Origin: an uncultured cyanobacterium
GTDB taxonomy: Bacteria; Cyanobacteriota; Cyanobacteriia; CAKZMO01
Direction: 5' to 3'
DNA length: 64,000 nt
NCBI GenBank assembly: GCA_963719515.1
Contig: CAVRCJ010000003.1
Location: forward strand, 704,001-768,000
Shown here: positions 42,193-52,300 of the stretch, piece by piece
How the letters are laid out: each line of letters starts with the position of its first letter
Numbering within the stretch: the first letter of the stretch is position 1
Made by a program: the position numbers and the translations under genes
Notes under the pieces: model-generated
Seen by the model: only the letters and a program-made list of their open reading frames with translations
Databases searched by the model: none
What the model was told of the DNA's origin: nothing

Positions 42193-43806
42193 GTGTCCAA
42201 ACTCCGATCAGTATCGCTTGACGATATTTCCAAACAGTTTTTTAGGGCCGCCACTCGTCACTGGAGCACCGTCTGCCTGGGCACAGCGGCCCTGCTGATA
42301 GGGCCTGCTGCCCTAGTCGCCCGCGCCCAAGATTCAGGGGAAGCGCCGCCCTACGATTTTCAAGATGTCTTCTGGGCCTTCATCATCTTGGGATTTTTGG
42401 TGCTTTTAGGGCGGTGGGTGCGTCAGCAGGTTGGCCTCTTCCAGACCTTATTTTTGCCTAGCTCGATTGTGGCGGGGGCGATCGCTTTACTTTTGGGTCC
42501 GGGTGTTTTGGGGGCAATAGCCGGAGATGGCTTGCTGGGCAACGGCCTATTTCCCCAGCCCATTTTGGACGTGTGGTCCACAATTCCGGGCGTGTTTATC
42601 AACATCGTCTTCGCCACCATTTTCTTAGGGGAATTCATTCCGCCTCCAGGCGAAATTTGGCGGCGGGCCTCCCCCCAAGTGGCCTTTGGTCAGTCCATAG
42701 CCTGGGGCCAATACGTGGTGGGACTGCTGCTGGCTATCCTGGTGCTCGGCCCTGTGTTCGGCCTACCGCCGATGGCGGGCGCTCTGATTGAAATTGGCTT
42801 CGAGGGCGGCCACGGTACGGCGGCGGGCATGGCGGAGGTATTCAACGAGCTGGGCTTTGAGGAAGGGCCAGACTTAGCCATCGGCATGGCCACTGTGGGC
42901 ATTGTGACCGGTATTTTGGCCGGGGTAGCTCTGGCCAACTGGGGCCGTATGAAGGGTCACACCGCCGCTAGCCGCACAGACGAGTCAATCCCAGCAGATG
43001 CCCAGGACCGGATGCCGGTGGAGCAAGAGCGCCCCGAAATCACTGAGCGCCGTCAGCGCCACCTCGGCAGCCTGCTAGTGGACCCACTGACGCTGCAGTT
43101 TGGATTTGTGGGGGTGGCGATCGCCGTTGGCTGGGCCATCCTACAGCTGCTGACTTTGTTTGAGTCCGTCACCTGGAATCGCGGCGGCGAGGGACTAGAG
43201 GTGCTGGGCGGCATTCCGCTGTTTCCAATGGCGCTGGTGGGCGGCATTATTGTTCAGGTGCTTCTAGAGCGCTTCGACAAGCAGTATCTTGTCAGCCGCC
43301 CGCTCATGGTGCGCATCGGTGGGGTAGCGCTAGACGCAACGATTGTGGCAGCCCTGGCATCTATCAGTCTGGCGATTATCGGCCAAAATCTAGGCGCGTT
43401 TGCCACGCTGGCGATCGCCGGTATTATCTGGAACGTCCTTTGCTTCCTCTATCTCGCACCCCGCATGATTCCTACCCACTGGTTCGAGCGGGGCATAGGA
43501 GACATGGGCCAGTCTATGGGCGTAACGGCAACGGGCATCTTGCTGATGCGCATGGTAGACCCCAAGGACAAAACCGGGGCATTCGAGAGCTTTGGCTACA
43601 AGCAGCTGTTTTTTGAGCCCATTGTGGGAGGCGGCCTGTTTACTGGCGCGGCTCCGGTGCTGATCAACCGCTTTGGCCCTGTGGCGGTGCTGGCCCTGAC
43701 GGGAGCGCTGCTGGTGTTCTGGATTGTTTTTGGGTTCTGGAACTACAAGAAGATCACTAAAGCTATGGAAGCTGGTGAGGTTCGCGAGCCCGTGGCGGTG
43801 AAGTGA
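42193..43806 (+). CDS. Sodium/glutamate symporter family protein
   Basis: LPSSIVAG, GFEGGHGTAAG, GQSMGVTATG...DP. Confidence 0.82.
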   Translation: MSKLRSVSLDDISKQFFRAATRHWSTVCLGTAALLIGPAALVARAQDSGEAPPYDFQDVFWAFIILGFLVLLGRWVRQQVGLFQTLFLPSSIVAGAIALLLGPGVLGAIAGDGLLGNGLFPQPILDVWSTIPGVFINIVFATIFLGEFIPPPGEIWRRASPQVAFGQSIAWGQYVVGLLLAILVLGPVFGLPPMAGALIEIGFEGGHGTAAGMAEVFNELGFEEGPDLAIGMATVGIVTGILAGVALANWGRMKGHTAASRTDESIPADAQDRMPVEQERPEITERRQRHLGSLLVDPLTLQFGFVGVAIAVGWAILQLLTLFESVTWNRGGEGLEVLGGIPLFPMALVGGIIVQVLLERFDKQYLVSRPLMVRIGGVALDATIVAALASISLAIIGQNLGAFATLAIAGIIWNVLCFLYLAPRMIPTHWFERGIGDMGQSMGVTATGILLMRMVDPKDKTGAFESFGYKQLFFEPIVGGGLFTGAAPVLINRFGPVAVLALTGALLVFWIVFGFWNYKKITKAMEAGEVREPVAVK

Positions 43807-43895
43807 TCGCGAATTCGCTGTTGGGGCGGGGGGGCTACGGCATCTGTACTCCAGCGGCGCGGCGTTGCGGTGTCGTTGGGCTAGAAGCTCAAAGG

Positions 43896-44009
43896 GTATA
43901 GCAAATGCCCTAAGTATTAGGACATTTGCGCGCCGCATTGCCTCTGCTGTGTAAAGGTCTGAGCCCACGGCACTGTCCTAAGCGCCTGACCCGCTGCGCA
44001 GCGGGTCAG
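43896..44009. repeat. Divergent third member of the 107-bp repeat, plus adjoining hairpin
   Basis: GTATAGCAAATGCCCTAAGTATTAGGACATTTGCGCG...TGTCCTAAGC then CTGACCCGCTGCGCAGCGGGTCAG. Confidence 0.7.
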
Positions 44010-44065
44010 CCTAGGAAAAAACTGCTAGTTTCTTAGAAGCAATCTGGCCAAAGCTATAAGTTTGC

Positions 44066-44821
44066 TCAGTTGACAGCAGCGTCAACGCAATAGAAAGCAA
44101 ACCGCAGCGGAGAGTCTGCCGTCTCCACCGCCACCGCCCCAACGTAGTCTACGGGCAAAGAAAGCTCCTTCAGCTCCCAGTGGCTGGCCTCGTCTGGCTT
44201 GCCCTGAACCGCCAAAAGAGCGGCGGGTTTCTCCGGCCTCAGCGTCACCTCTACCTGGCTTGGCGACAGCGATAGGCCAACCCCAACTGCCTTGAGATAG
44301 GCTTCTTTACGAGTCCAGGCCGTCAAAAACGCTCGGCGGTGGCCATCCGCCAGGCTAAAGAGCGCCCCCTGCTCTCGGGCAGTCAAGCAGTGCCGCGCCA
44401 TCTCCTGCCACGACAGGGTCCTGCGGACAAATTCCACATCCACCCCCACCTCGCGGCCCCGCGTAACGGCATACACCGCCAGCTCTTGAGAATGGGCTAG
44501 GTTAAACCTCAGGGCATCGCAATGCTGATCTAAGGCGGGTTTTCCGTGAGTGCCATAGCAAAACCGAATCTCCCTCGCCTGCCGCTTTAAGTAGCACCCC
44601 AGAATATTCCTCAGTACCCCGCGCGCCGCGACGTAGCGCTTCCGGTCCCGCTCAAAGTGAAAGCGATCGGCGCGTTGACGCTCATCTGGGCTAAGGCATC
44701 GTTCTAGCACCCGGTACGCTGCCGCATCTCGGCTCAGCCTGGTGCACCAGAGGTGGACATCGCGATCGCCCAAGGTGAGGTCGGCGGGTGGGGGAAGCCA
44801 GGGCTCGGGGTGGGTCGTCAT
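44066..44821 (-). CDS. Sfp/HetI-type 4'-phosphopantetheinyl transferase
   Basis: LSPDE..RA.RF, HGKP, FNLAHS, VGVDVE, WTRKEAYLKA.G.G. Confidence 0.92.
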   Translation of the reverse strand: MTTHPEPWLPPPADLTLGDRDVHLWCTRLSRDAAAYRVLERCLSPDERQRADRFHFERDRKRYVAARGVLRNILGCYLKRQAREIRFCYGTHGKPALDQHCDALRFNLAHSQELAVYAVTRGREVGVDVEFVRRTLSWQEMARHCLTAREQGALFSLADGHRRAFLTAWTRKEAYLKAVGVGLSLSPSQVEVTLRPEKPAALLAVQGKPDEASHWELKELSLPVDYVGAVAVETADSPLRFAFYCVDAAVN

Positions 44822-44866
44822 GAATGGGGCTAGCTCTTGCTAAAGGCGATAGGGACTCTACCCCCG

Positions 44867-46564
44867 CTAAAGGCGATCGCTAATGACGCCGCGCACCGCC
44901 GAAATCGCCACCGTCCGGGGTGAGGCCAGGTAGTTTTGCGCCGAGGGGTCGCCGCTGCGGCCCTTAAAGTTGCGGTTCGTCGCGTAGATGCCCGCCTCGT
45001 GTTTTCCCAGCACCCCGCGTCCCGCGTTGATGCAGGCCCCGCAGCCTGATTTGAGCACCTGCGCCCCGGCCGCCTCCAGCCAGTCTAGGTAGCCCAGCGC
45101 CTTAGCCTGCTGCCGCACCTCTTGGGAGGCGGGCACCACAAACAGGCTTACCTCGGGGGCCACCCGCTGCCCCTTAATGGCGATCGCCGCCTCGGCCAAA
45201 TCGTGCAGCTTTCCCCCGGTGCAGGAGCCGACAAAGGCTCGGGTAATCGGTACGGCGTTCAGCTGACTCACCGGCACCACCTGGTCTGGCTTAGGGGGGC
45301 AGGCCACCTGGGGCTCTAGCTGGCTGAGGTCGAAGCGATAGTGCTGGGCGTACTGGGCCTCTGCGTCGGGCGGCACGACATCAAAAGGGGTAGAACTGCG
45401 CCCATCCACGTACCGCCGCGTCACCTCGTCCACCGCCATCAGCCCGCACACCGCTCCGCATTCCACCGCCATGTTCGCTAGCGTCATCCGCTCATCCATG
45501 GGCAGCTGCGCGATCGCCTCGCCGCAAAACTCCAGCACCTGACCCCGAGCCCCATCGCAGCCCAGCTGCCCCAGCAAAAACAGCATGATGTCCTTGGCGC
45601 TGAGGTGCGGCGGCAAGGTTCCCGACAGCTCAACGCTCAGCGTTGCCGGAACCCGCAGCCATAGGTCCCCCATGGCGAAGATGTTGGCCATATCTGTGGT
45701 GCCCACCCCCGTCGCAAAGCAGCCAAACGCGCCGTAGGTGCAGCTGTGGGAGTCGGTGCCCGCCACCACCATGCCGGGGCGAATGAAGCCGCGCTCGGGC
45801 AGCAGCACGTGGCAAATGCCCGCCGCCTCTCCTGGCGAGACCACATCCAGCAGGTGACAGCCCTGCCGCTGGGCAAACTCCACCATCTGCCGGTGCATTA
45901 AGGGGGCTCTGGGGTCGGGGCGAATGTCGTTAATCTGGATAAAGTGGTCGGCCACCAGGACCACCTTGTCAGGGTCCCAGACCCGCGCAGCTTCTCCGAA
46001 GTGCTGGTGAAACAGCTGCCCCACCGGACCGGCGATCGCGTCGTGAGACATGGCTAAATCCACCTGGGCAAAGACGACGTCTCCCGGCTGCAGGTAAGCG
46101 TTGCCCGAGGCGCGGGCCAGCAGCTTTTCGGCCATGGTCATCGGGCGGGCGGCGGTCGCCACTTTGGGAACGGAAATGCCTCCTCGGCGGCGCTGCTGGT
46201 TAAAGGGAATCAGCCCCCCTGCCTGGGTAATGGCCCCTACCACGGGATGAGACTGGGGCTGGTCAATAATCTCTAGCGGTAAGCCAATGTTGATGCTGTT
46301 GCGGTAGAAGATTTCGGCAAAAGACTGTGCCCGCACCAGCCGAATACCCGCGGCTTTGATGGCAACAGGGGCAAACTCTCGGCTAGAGCCGCAGCCAAAG
46401 TTGCGCCCCGCCTCGATGACGTCATACTGAGCTAGATTCCCTGCGCCGATTAGGTGCTCGAAGGCGTAGTGGGCTAGGTGGTCTAAGCTGTCGTTGGTGC
46501 CCCGCTGAGCGGGGATGATGTCGTCGGTGTTGATGTCGTCGCCGAGCGTGAGGATGCGGTTCAT
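44867..46564 (-). CDS. Fused LeuD-LeuC-type isomerase (HphCD/homoaconitase-like)
   Basis: N-terminal DINTDDIIP and NFGCGSSRE (small subunit); DH, GICH, DSH, GSCTGG, CGAC, NRNFKGR (large subunit). Confidence 0.82.
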   Translation of the reverse strand: MNRILTLGDDINTDDIIPAQRGTNDSLDHLAHYAFEHLIGAGNLAQYDVIEAGRNFGCGSSREFAPVAIKAAGIRLVRAQSFAEIFYRNSINIGLPLEIIDQPQSHPVVGAITQAGGLIPFNQQRRRGGISVPKVATAARPMTMAEKLLARASGNAYLQPGDVVFAQVDLAMSHDAIAGPVGQLFHQHFGEAARVWDPDKVVLVADHFIQINDIRPDPRAPLMHRQMVEFAQRQGCHLLDVVSPGEAAGICHVLLPERGFIRPGMVVAGTDSHSCTYGAFGCFATGVGTTDMANIFAMGDLWLRVPATLSVELSGTLPPHLSAKDIMLFLLGQLGCDGARGQVLEFCGEAIAQLPMDERMTLANMAVECGAVCGLMAVDEVTRRYVDGRSSTPFDVVPPDAEAQYAQHYRFDLSQLEPQVACPPKPDQVVPVSQLNAVPITRAFVGSCTGGKLHDLAEAAIAIKGQRVAPEVSLFVVPASQEVRQQAKALGYLDWLEAAGAQVLKSGCGACINAGRGVLGKHEAGIYATNRNFKGRSGDPSAQNYLASPRTVAISAVRGVISDRL

Positions 46565-46812
46565 AGGGGAGATAGATGAGTCACGGCTTCATAAGATCGC
46601 CCACTAAGGGCTAGCGCTCGCGCTAACGAAGGCGCTAGCTCTCGGTGGGAAGCGCTCAGTAGATTACAAGCTGCCGAGGGAAGTCCACGGAAACAGACTG
46701 CGGAGAGGCGTGCCGTTGCTCGAAATATAAGTCTGCACATCTTAACCCGCTTGAGCGAGTCCCAGCTAGCGCCAACTCTCAGCTGCGGGCGGGATAACAG
46801 CGAGACCAACAC

Positions 46813-48012
46813 CTAATCGTGAGTCAGACTGTTTCCCAAGCAGCCCAAATCTTGGGGCACATGCTCCGCAAGCAGCGCCGCCACCTCCTCCACTGAGAAG
46901 GAGCGCTTCTCTTCAAGGGCGATCGCCTTCACCATGGCCCTCAGCCGCTCGTACTGCGATCGCTCTAGCGGCTGGCCCAGGTGCTGCTCGAATAAGTACT
47001 GCAGGTTGCTGGCACCGCTGCACTTGCCAAACCAAATCTCCGGCTCACCATAGGAGAGCGCCGCATAGCTTTGGCGATCGCGCAGCAGAGAGCTGACGTG
47101 AATGCCAGATTCGTGGCGCTGCGCTTGGGGTGAGTAGGGCGGGTGGGGGCGCAGGTTGCGGATGTGCAGATAGTCGGTTACCCGGTCTAAAGCGTCGTAG
47201 TCGATGCCCGCCACCTCCCACCCAAATCGCGCCCGGAGCCCTCGCAACAGCTGCTCTAGCGCCACGTTTCCGGCCCGCTCCCCAATGCCCCCAAACGTCC
47301 CCGAAATCCCCAGGGCTCCGGCCCGCACGGCCTGGATAGCGTTCTCCAGCGCTAGCCCCATGTCGTTGTGAAAATGCACTCCGAGGGGGACTGACGTGTA
47401 CTCCAGCAGGTCATGAATCCAAACGAAGCTCTTTTCCGGCGTGAGGATACCGACGGTGTCGCAGAGCAACAGTTGGTCAATATAGGGGCCAAGGGCGTTG
47501 ATGCAGTCCACCAAAAAATGAAAGTCAGCGCGGCTGGCGTCCTCAGCGGCGAAGCAAACCCGCAGTCCCTGAGCGCGGGCGTAGCGCACGTGCTCCAGCG
47601 CGTTGTCTAGCATTCGCTGCCGCATGGCCTGAACCACAGCGGCGGGAATGGCATCGTCGATGGTCTTGCCTTTAAGGGCAGGGTCAGCGGCGATCGCGCT
47701 GTCTCTCAAGAACAAAAGGCGATCGGAAACAGCGTGAAAGAGAATCACCTGGCTGACCCCACAGCCTTTAGACTGGTCGATGGCGGCGCGCTTCATCAAC
47801 GTCGAGGCAGCCACCTGCCCTAACCCTGAGGTGACCAGACTGGTGACGAGCTGCGCTTCGCTGGAGTGGATGCCCGGCATTAGGGCAATTTGATGAACGC
47901 CGGTTTGGGCGATTAGGTCTGCTAAGGCCGCTTTGTCATCAATAAAAAGTCCAACTTGCTGTTCTCCATCACGCAGGGTTTCGTCGGAAATAAGTAAGTT
48001 GAGCGTCTCCAT
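46813..48012 (-). CDS. 2-oxo-acid chain-elongation synthase (LeuA/homocitrate synthase family, HphA-like)
   Basis: DETLRDGEQ, EDASRAD, HFHND.GLA, GIGERAGN, HESGIH; no C-terminal regulatory domain. Confidence 0.8.
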   Translation of the reverse strand: METLNLLISDETLRDGEQQVGLFIDDKAALADLIAQTGVHQIALMPGIHSSEAQLVTSLVTSGLGQVAASTLMKRAAIDQSKGCGVSQVILFHAVSDRLLFLRDSAIAADPALKGKTIDDAIPAAVVQAMRQRMLDNALEHVRYARAQGLRVCFAAEDASRADFHFLVDCINALGPYIDQLLLCDTVGILTPEKSFVWIHDLLEYTSVPLGVHFHNDMGLALENAIQAVRAGALGISGTFGGIGERAGNVALEQLLRGLRARFGWEVAGIDYDALDRVTDYLHIRNLRPHPPYSPQAQRHESGIHVSSLLRDRQSYAALSYGEPEIWFGKCSGASNLQYLFEQHLGQPLERSQYERLRAMVKAIALEEKRSFSVEEVAALLAEHVPQDLGCLGNSLTHD

Positions 48013-48127
48013 CCGGCTATTGCAAAAGTGAACAGCGATACACAGCAGGCAGGGCCCGCGAGTCAGCCCAGATCAAGCTCCGTCGGGTGCGGGGCCCCGC
48101 TCATCATCGCACATGCTGCAGCGCTCG

Positions 48128-48873
48128 TCAGGGGGTTGTGGCATCTTCGAGAATGCGAAAGCTGCCGCTGCTGCCAACGCGATCGCCCGCGCGAATGCCG
48201 TTCGCCGTTGACCCCGAATAGTACCCCTGCCCCGCCAAACGCTGCACCACGATAGGACCGCCCTCCTAGAGGTGATCTGACCCGCGTGGACGGCGGCGGT
48301 GCAGAGAGAAGAGTCCTGGCTGTATGAGTCGCTCCCCCACACCGGCTCAGCTGACCCCGCAGGGCAGAAGTAGGCTTCGAGGGGGGACGGCTGCCGCCAG
48401 TTGGGGGCGGCGGTGGTGGCCCAGGTGATGGGGTGGAGTGGCAGATCGCCGAAGGCCGTGGGCAGCAGGTCAGCGACAAAATCTCGGGGGTTGGTGAAGG
48501 TGAAGCTAGCGGCGGTAGCGGCGCGACTGCTGGTGGAGATCTCGTTGCGATCGCTTCCCGTTACCGCGTCTCCCGGCAAGATGCGAATGGCGATCGCCCC
48601 GCCCTCCTCTAAGGTGATCAGGCCCGCGTGGACGGCGGCGCTGCAAACCGATGAGTTGCTGCTGTAGCGGTCGGTGCCCCAGGTGGGGGACGGGGTCCCG
48701 CTGGGCGGGCAGTAGAGGGTGACGTCTTCGCCGACGCGATTTTCGTAGGCGATCGCCCTATCTGACCAGGTGAGGGTGGGGATGCTGGGGGCAGCCGAAG
48801 CGGGCCGCGCGAGGCCCAGCAGAACGGCTAGAATCAGCGCTAGCGATCGTCCTAAGCCCGTGGTGATGCGCAT
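48128..48873 (-). CDS. Secreted protein with two LCCL domains, apparent frameshift near 48265
   Basis: WG(T/S)D.Y...SS(V/L)C.AAVHAG twice; second domain continues EGGPIVVQ...YSGSTANGI in another frame. Confidence 0.75.
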
Positions 48874-48898
48874 CAGGGTTGGCCGCGCTGGGAATAGA

Positions 48899-51800
48899 CT
48901 ACGCATCAGGCCGCGTCTCCGGCATCATGCACTTGTCCGAATCACATCCGGCAGGCCCTGCCTCCAGCCGCTCACCCAAGTCGTAGCGGACCAGCGCTTT
49001 GTAGAAGTCGTCCACCGACCGCCGCTCACACACCTTGCCCATCAGCTGCTCGTACTGAGCTTTGTCGATGGGCTCAAAGGGTAGGCGGGGGAAGGTCTGA
49101 TGGTCATCGAAGCGGGACAGCAGCGCCGCCGACATGTAGCCTGCATCGGTTTCAATAGCCTGGTGAATTGCCTCCGCCAGCGGCTCTACTTCCGGCTCCC
49201 GCAGCTCGATGGTAGCGCTGGTGTTGTGGGTAGTGTAGTGCTGCTGCACCTGCATATAGAAGTCAAACTGAGCTAGGGCGGAGAATTGGCTAATATCGAT
49301 TTGATCTGCGCCCGGTAGGTTGGCCCAGCTCACCTCTGTGGGAATTTCCACCAGCCACTCGGTGCAGCGCGGGTCAAAGGGGTCATCTAGCAGCCGCCCC
49401 TGCTCGTCTTTGTCGGACTGGGCGGGCACGACGCTGTAACCGTAGTCGATGCAGGCTAAAGCTACCGGGTCGCTCTTTCCAAAGGTGATGCGGCGAATGA
49501 ACCGCTGGGCTTTGGGGGGGTGCCAGCCGGAGGAGGCCCCGGTGAGCAGGCTCTTGGTGCCCGCAGGCTGAACGGTGGTGCAGCGGTTGGGCCGCTTGAT
49601 GCCGTGGCGATCGCAGTAGTCCCATACGGTGGCGTGGACGATGTCGCGCCAGCGGTTGAGATACGCCTTCTCCTGCTGCTTGAACTCCAGCCCGCGCATG
49701 GTGTTGGGGCGACCTGCTTCCCACCACTGCAGCCATTCGACGCCAAACGCATGGACGAAGAAGTCAAACAGGCCGGTGAAGGAGACGCCGACGATGGGGT
49801 CCATCTCCCGCGATCGCCGGTAGCGCGGCTCTTGGAAGCGATGGTTGAGCAGGGCGGCGACGGAGAGGGCACCGGCTTTGAAGGCGGCTTCCTGCTCGTC
49901 GGGGTTGTCGGGGTTGAGCTGGTTGAGGTGGACTTCGGCCAAGTTGCAGTGGAAGTCTACGCCGATTATTTCGCCGCAGTTGTGGGCAACGAAGCCGTTG
50001 GCGTCAAAGCGAGCCGGGCCAGGGACGGTGCAGTCGTAAACCGGCTCGATACCGTCTGGTTCGACGCTGCTGACGCGCACTGCAAACTGACCGTGCTGAA
50101 GTCCGTAACGATAGCCTTGCATCAAAGACTCTAACTGCTGCTCCTTTTCGACTTCCGTAAAATGAATCAGCTTATCGAAGATGTAGACACTGTCATTGCT
50201 AATAACTAATTCGTATTGAACTTTATCTGCTTGAGATTGGGATCCGCGTAGAGAGCTTTGAAGCGAACGCTTATCTGTCAGAGGAAGGGTTTGGCAGATA
50301 GTAGATGCCATACCTAGACGTAGCAGCATACGCTGGACGGCTTTAAGAAATTCCAGATCGCTTTCAATAAGGCGAATACTAATGTCTTTGTGCTGCCGCT
50401 CTTGTACAAAGCCATCAACGTTAAACAACTCCTCTAAAAAGCCAAGATAGAAATCGTAGCTCGCTGACTCTATGGCGGGAGTAATAGTTTTTTGTCCGGA
50501 GTTGTTAATGCTGTAGCTCTTGGCCAATTCTTGGACGTTAATGGGAGGAGTTTGCGTGTATCCGTCCAGCTCATACCGTATGACGCTTTGGTACCCAGCG
50601 AGACTAAGCTTTTTCCTCATAAAGCTGCTTAGTAGCTTGCCTTCCTCTTTTGTACCTGATCCTTTCCAACCGCGAAAAGGGTCATGCTCGTGGATAAAGA
50701 CACGATTACCTGGGCGTAGCTCTCCGGCCTCGATCCACTCCTCATCCTCTTCTGTCCGAGTCCAGGATGTTGCCTTAAGAAGCTTATGATTCTCAGTGAG
50801 ACGAAGCTCGTAGCCCTCATTCGTTACTACCTTGACCACAGGCTTTTCGCCAGTGCAAAAGAAACCCTCTTCCGTAGTGCTGTGTAATTTGCCATCTACA
50901 TACACGTTTATAGAGCGTTGCTCATTTTTTAACTCACTCACCTGGCGAGCACCGTGCTCGGTATGGACCCAGGTATCCGCAGTAACGCAGGGATTGAGGC
51001 CATAGCGCTCCGTACGGTGCTTCAGCTCCTCAGCAGCTAAAGGCTCTACACCAGAGTTAGACGCCAGCTCCTGTAGGTAGGATTGAGCTGCTTCCGGAGA
51101 GCTGGTGTAGCGCTTCAGAAACTCAGCCTTCTCCTCAGGCGATCGCACCAAATCCACATTCGCCCGCGCGATCGCCTCTCCTGCCCATTGGATAGCGCCT
51201 TCCCCAGAGTAATACTGCTTGCGCACCGCCGCTTGGCATTCTTCTAGCGAGGGCTTGTGGTGAAACACGCGGGTATGGTTGGCCATGCGCAGCACGTCTC
51301 GCTCGGGGTCAATGCGCCAGCTCCCGTCTGCATCCTGTCCCCATAAATTATCCTTAGCTTGAGCCGCCTGATCGTCGTCGCTGCCAAACTGACGAATTCC
51401 CGCGCTGCGCCGAATATTCCCGGCAACAACACAAGCTGCCGCCTCATCAATCAACAGGCAGCATTCCACCGACGTCAGTTTCCGGCCCTGCGCCTTATTG
51501 AGAATATTGGCGCAGCGCTGGTAAAGCCTAGGCAGGCGCACAGGATTGGCCACGCCGCCGAATCCCTTTAGCTTCTCTCCCGCTGGCCGCACGTGGCTCA
51601 GGTCCACCGTGACGCTTATCTCGCCAGTAAACCGCTCATCGGTCGATAGCTCCAGCAGCGCTTGATACGACGACACCCAACCCTGACGGCTATCGCCCAC
51701 CCGAATGTGGACCTCGTGGTCATCGATTGAGACTTCGGTTTTCTCCTGGCGCTGCTCTGCCGGAACGGTGCCGATGTCGCTCTGCGTCACCACCTGCAGC

Positions 51801-52234
51801 AGATTGCGAGGACAGGGAATCAGGTTAATGTACTTGTGCTCTAGCACCGCTCCCGTGCCGCAGCCCATCATGGCTAGGTCCATCATTAGGCCAAAGGCCT
51901 GCCAGTCGATGACGTTGGTGCTGGTGCAGTTATAGGCCCCAGAAAAGTTCTCCGGCTTCTCTAGCCAAGCCGTGCCGCCCACCCACAGCCAGCGCCCCGA
52001 GGGCATCGCCTTAAGCTGCTGCTGCATCTGGCCCACTAGCTCGGCCTCGCGCTCCGAAAGCTGACCTAGCTTCACCAACCCAGTGAGAGTGCGATCGCAC
52101 ATTTGCCCCCAGGTTTCGCGGGTGGCGTCGGGGTCGCTGCCGCGGCGGCTGTAGGTCCTGTAGAAGACGGCGGGGGCTGCGGGAGCTGAAGCGGGAAAGC
52201 TTGCTTGACGGGACCGTTCGATGTTTTGAACCAC
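48899..52234 (-). CDS. nrdJ: Adenosylcobalamin-dependent ribonucleoside-triphosphate reductase (class II) with intein
   Basis: PSGRWLWVGG, YNC, GNIRRSA, NP[intein]CGEI, CNLAE, TTVQPAGT, C-terminal GCDSDKC. Confidence 0.93.
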   Translation of the reverse strand: MVQNIERSRQASFPASAPAAPAVFYRTYSRRGSDPDATRETWGQMCDRTLTGLVKLGQLSEREAELVGQMQQQLKAMPSGRWLWVGGTAWLEKPENFSGAYNCTSTNVIDWQAFGLMMDLAMMGCGTGAVLEHKYINLIPCPRNLLQVVTQSDIGTVPAEQRQEKTEVSIDDHEVHIRVGDSRQGWVSSYQALLELSTDERFTGEISVTVDLSHVRPAGEKLKGFGGVANPVRLPRLYQRCANILNKAQGRKLTSVECCLLIDEAAACVVAGNIRRSAGIRQFGSDDDQAAQAKDNLWGQDADGSWRIDPERDVLRMANHTRVFHHKPSLEECQAAVRKQYYSGEGAIQWAGEAIARANVDLVRSPEEKAEFLKRYTSSPEAAQSYLQELASNSGVEPLAAEELKHRTERYGLNPCVTADTWVHTEHGARQVSELKNEQRSINVYVDGKLHSTTEEGFFCTGEKPVVKVVTNEGYELRLTENHKLLKATSWTRTEEDEEWIEAGELRPGNRVFIHEHDPFRGWKGSGTKEEGKLLSSFMRKKLSLAGYQSVIRYELDGYTQTPPINVQELAKSYSINNSGQKTITPAIESASYDFYLGFLEELFNVDGFVQERQHKDISIRLIESDLEFLKAVQRMLLRLGMASTICQTLPLTDKRSLQSSLRGSQSQADKVQYELVISNDSVYIFDKLIHFTEVEKEQQLESLMQGYRYGLQHGQFAVRVSSVEPDGIEPVYDCTVPGPARFDANGFVAHNCGEIIGVDFHCNLAEVHLNQLNPDNPDEQEAAFKAGALSVAALLNHRFQEPRYRRSREMDPIVGVSFTGLFDFFVHAFGVEWLQWWEAGRPNTMRGLEFKQQEKAYLNRWRDIVHATVWDYCDRHGIKRPNRCTTVQPAGTKSLLTGASSGWHPPKAQRFIRRITFGKSDPVALACIDYGYSVVPAQSDKDEQGRLLDDPFDPRCTEWLVEIPTEVSWANLPGADQIDISQFSALAQFDFYMQVQQHYTTHNTSATIELREPEVEPLAEAIHQAIETDAGYMSAALLSRFDDHQTFPRLPFEPIDKAQYEQLMGKVCERRSVDDFYKALVRYDLGERLEAGPAGCDSDKCMMPETRPDA
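49979..50989 (-). mobile_element. Intein (337 aa) with degenerate LAGLIDADG endonuclease
   Basis: Starts CVTADT, block B LTENH, ends VYDCTV...NGFVAHN before Cys+1; visibly more AT-rich than the exteins. Confidence 0.93.
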
Positions 52235-52253
52235 GGCGATTGACTCTAAGTTA

Positions 52254-52300
52254 ACTCTAGATGTAGCGTACTATTTTGAGATAACCACTATATTAAGCCA
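52254..52300. promoter_or_regulatory. Tandem NrdR boxes upstream of nrdJ
   Basis: actCTAGATGTAGcgt and ccaCTATATTAAGcca, 31 bp apart; resemble acaCwAtATaTwGtgt. Confidence 0.65.

Noticed and set aside
46813..48012. nifV or housekeeping leuA
   Set aside because: No nif genes nearby and no LeuA regulatory domain; context fits specialised chain elongation better, so no symbol was assigned.
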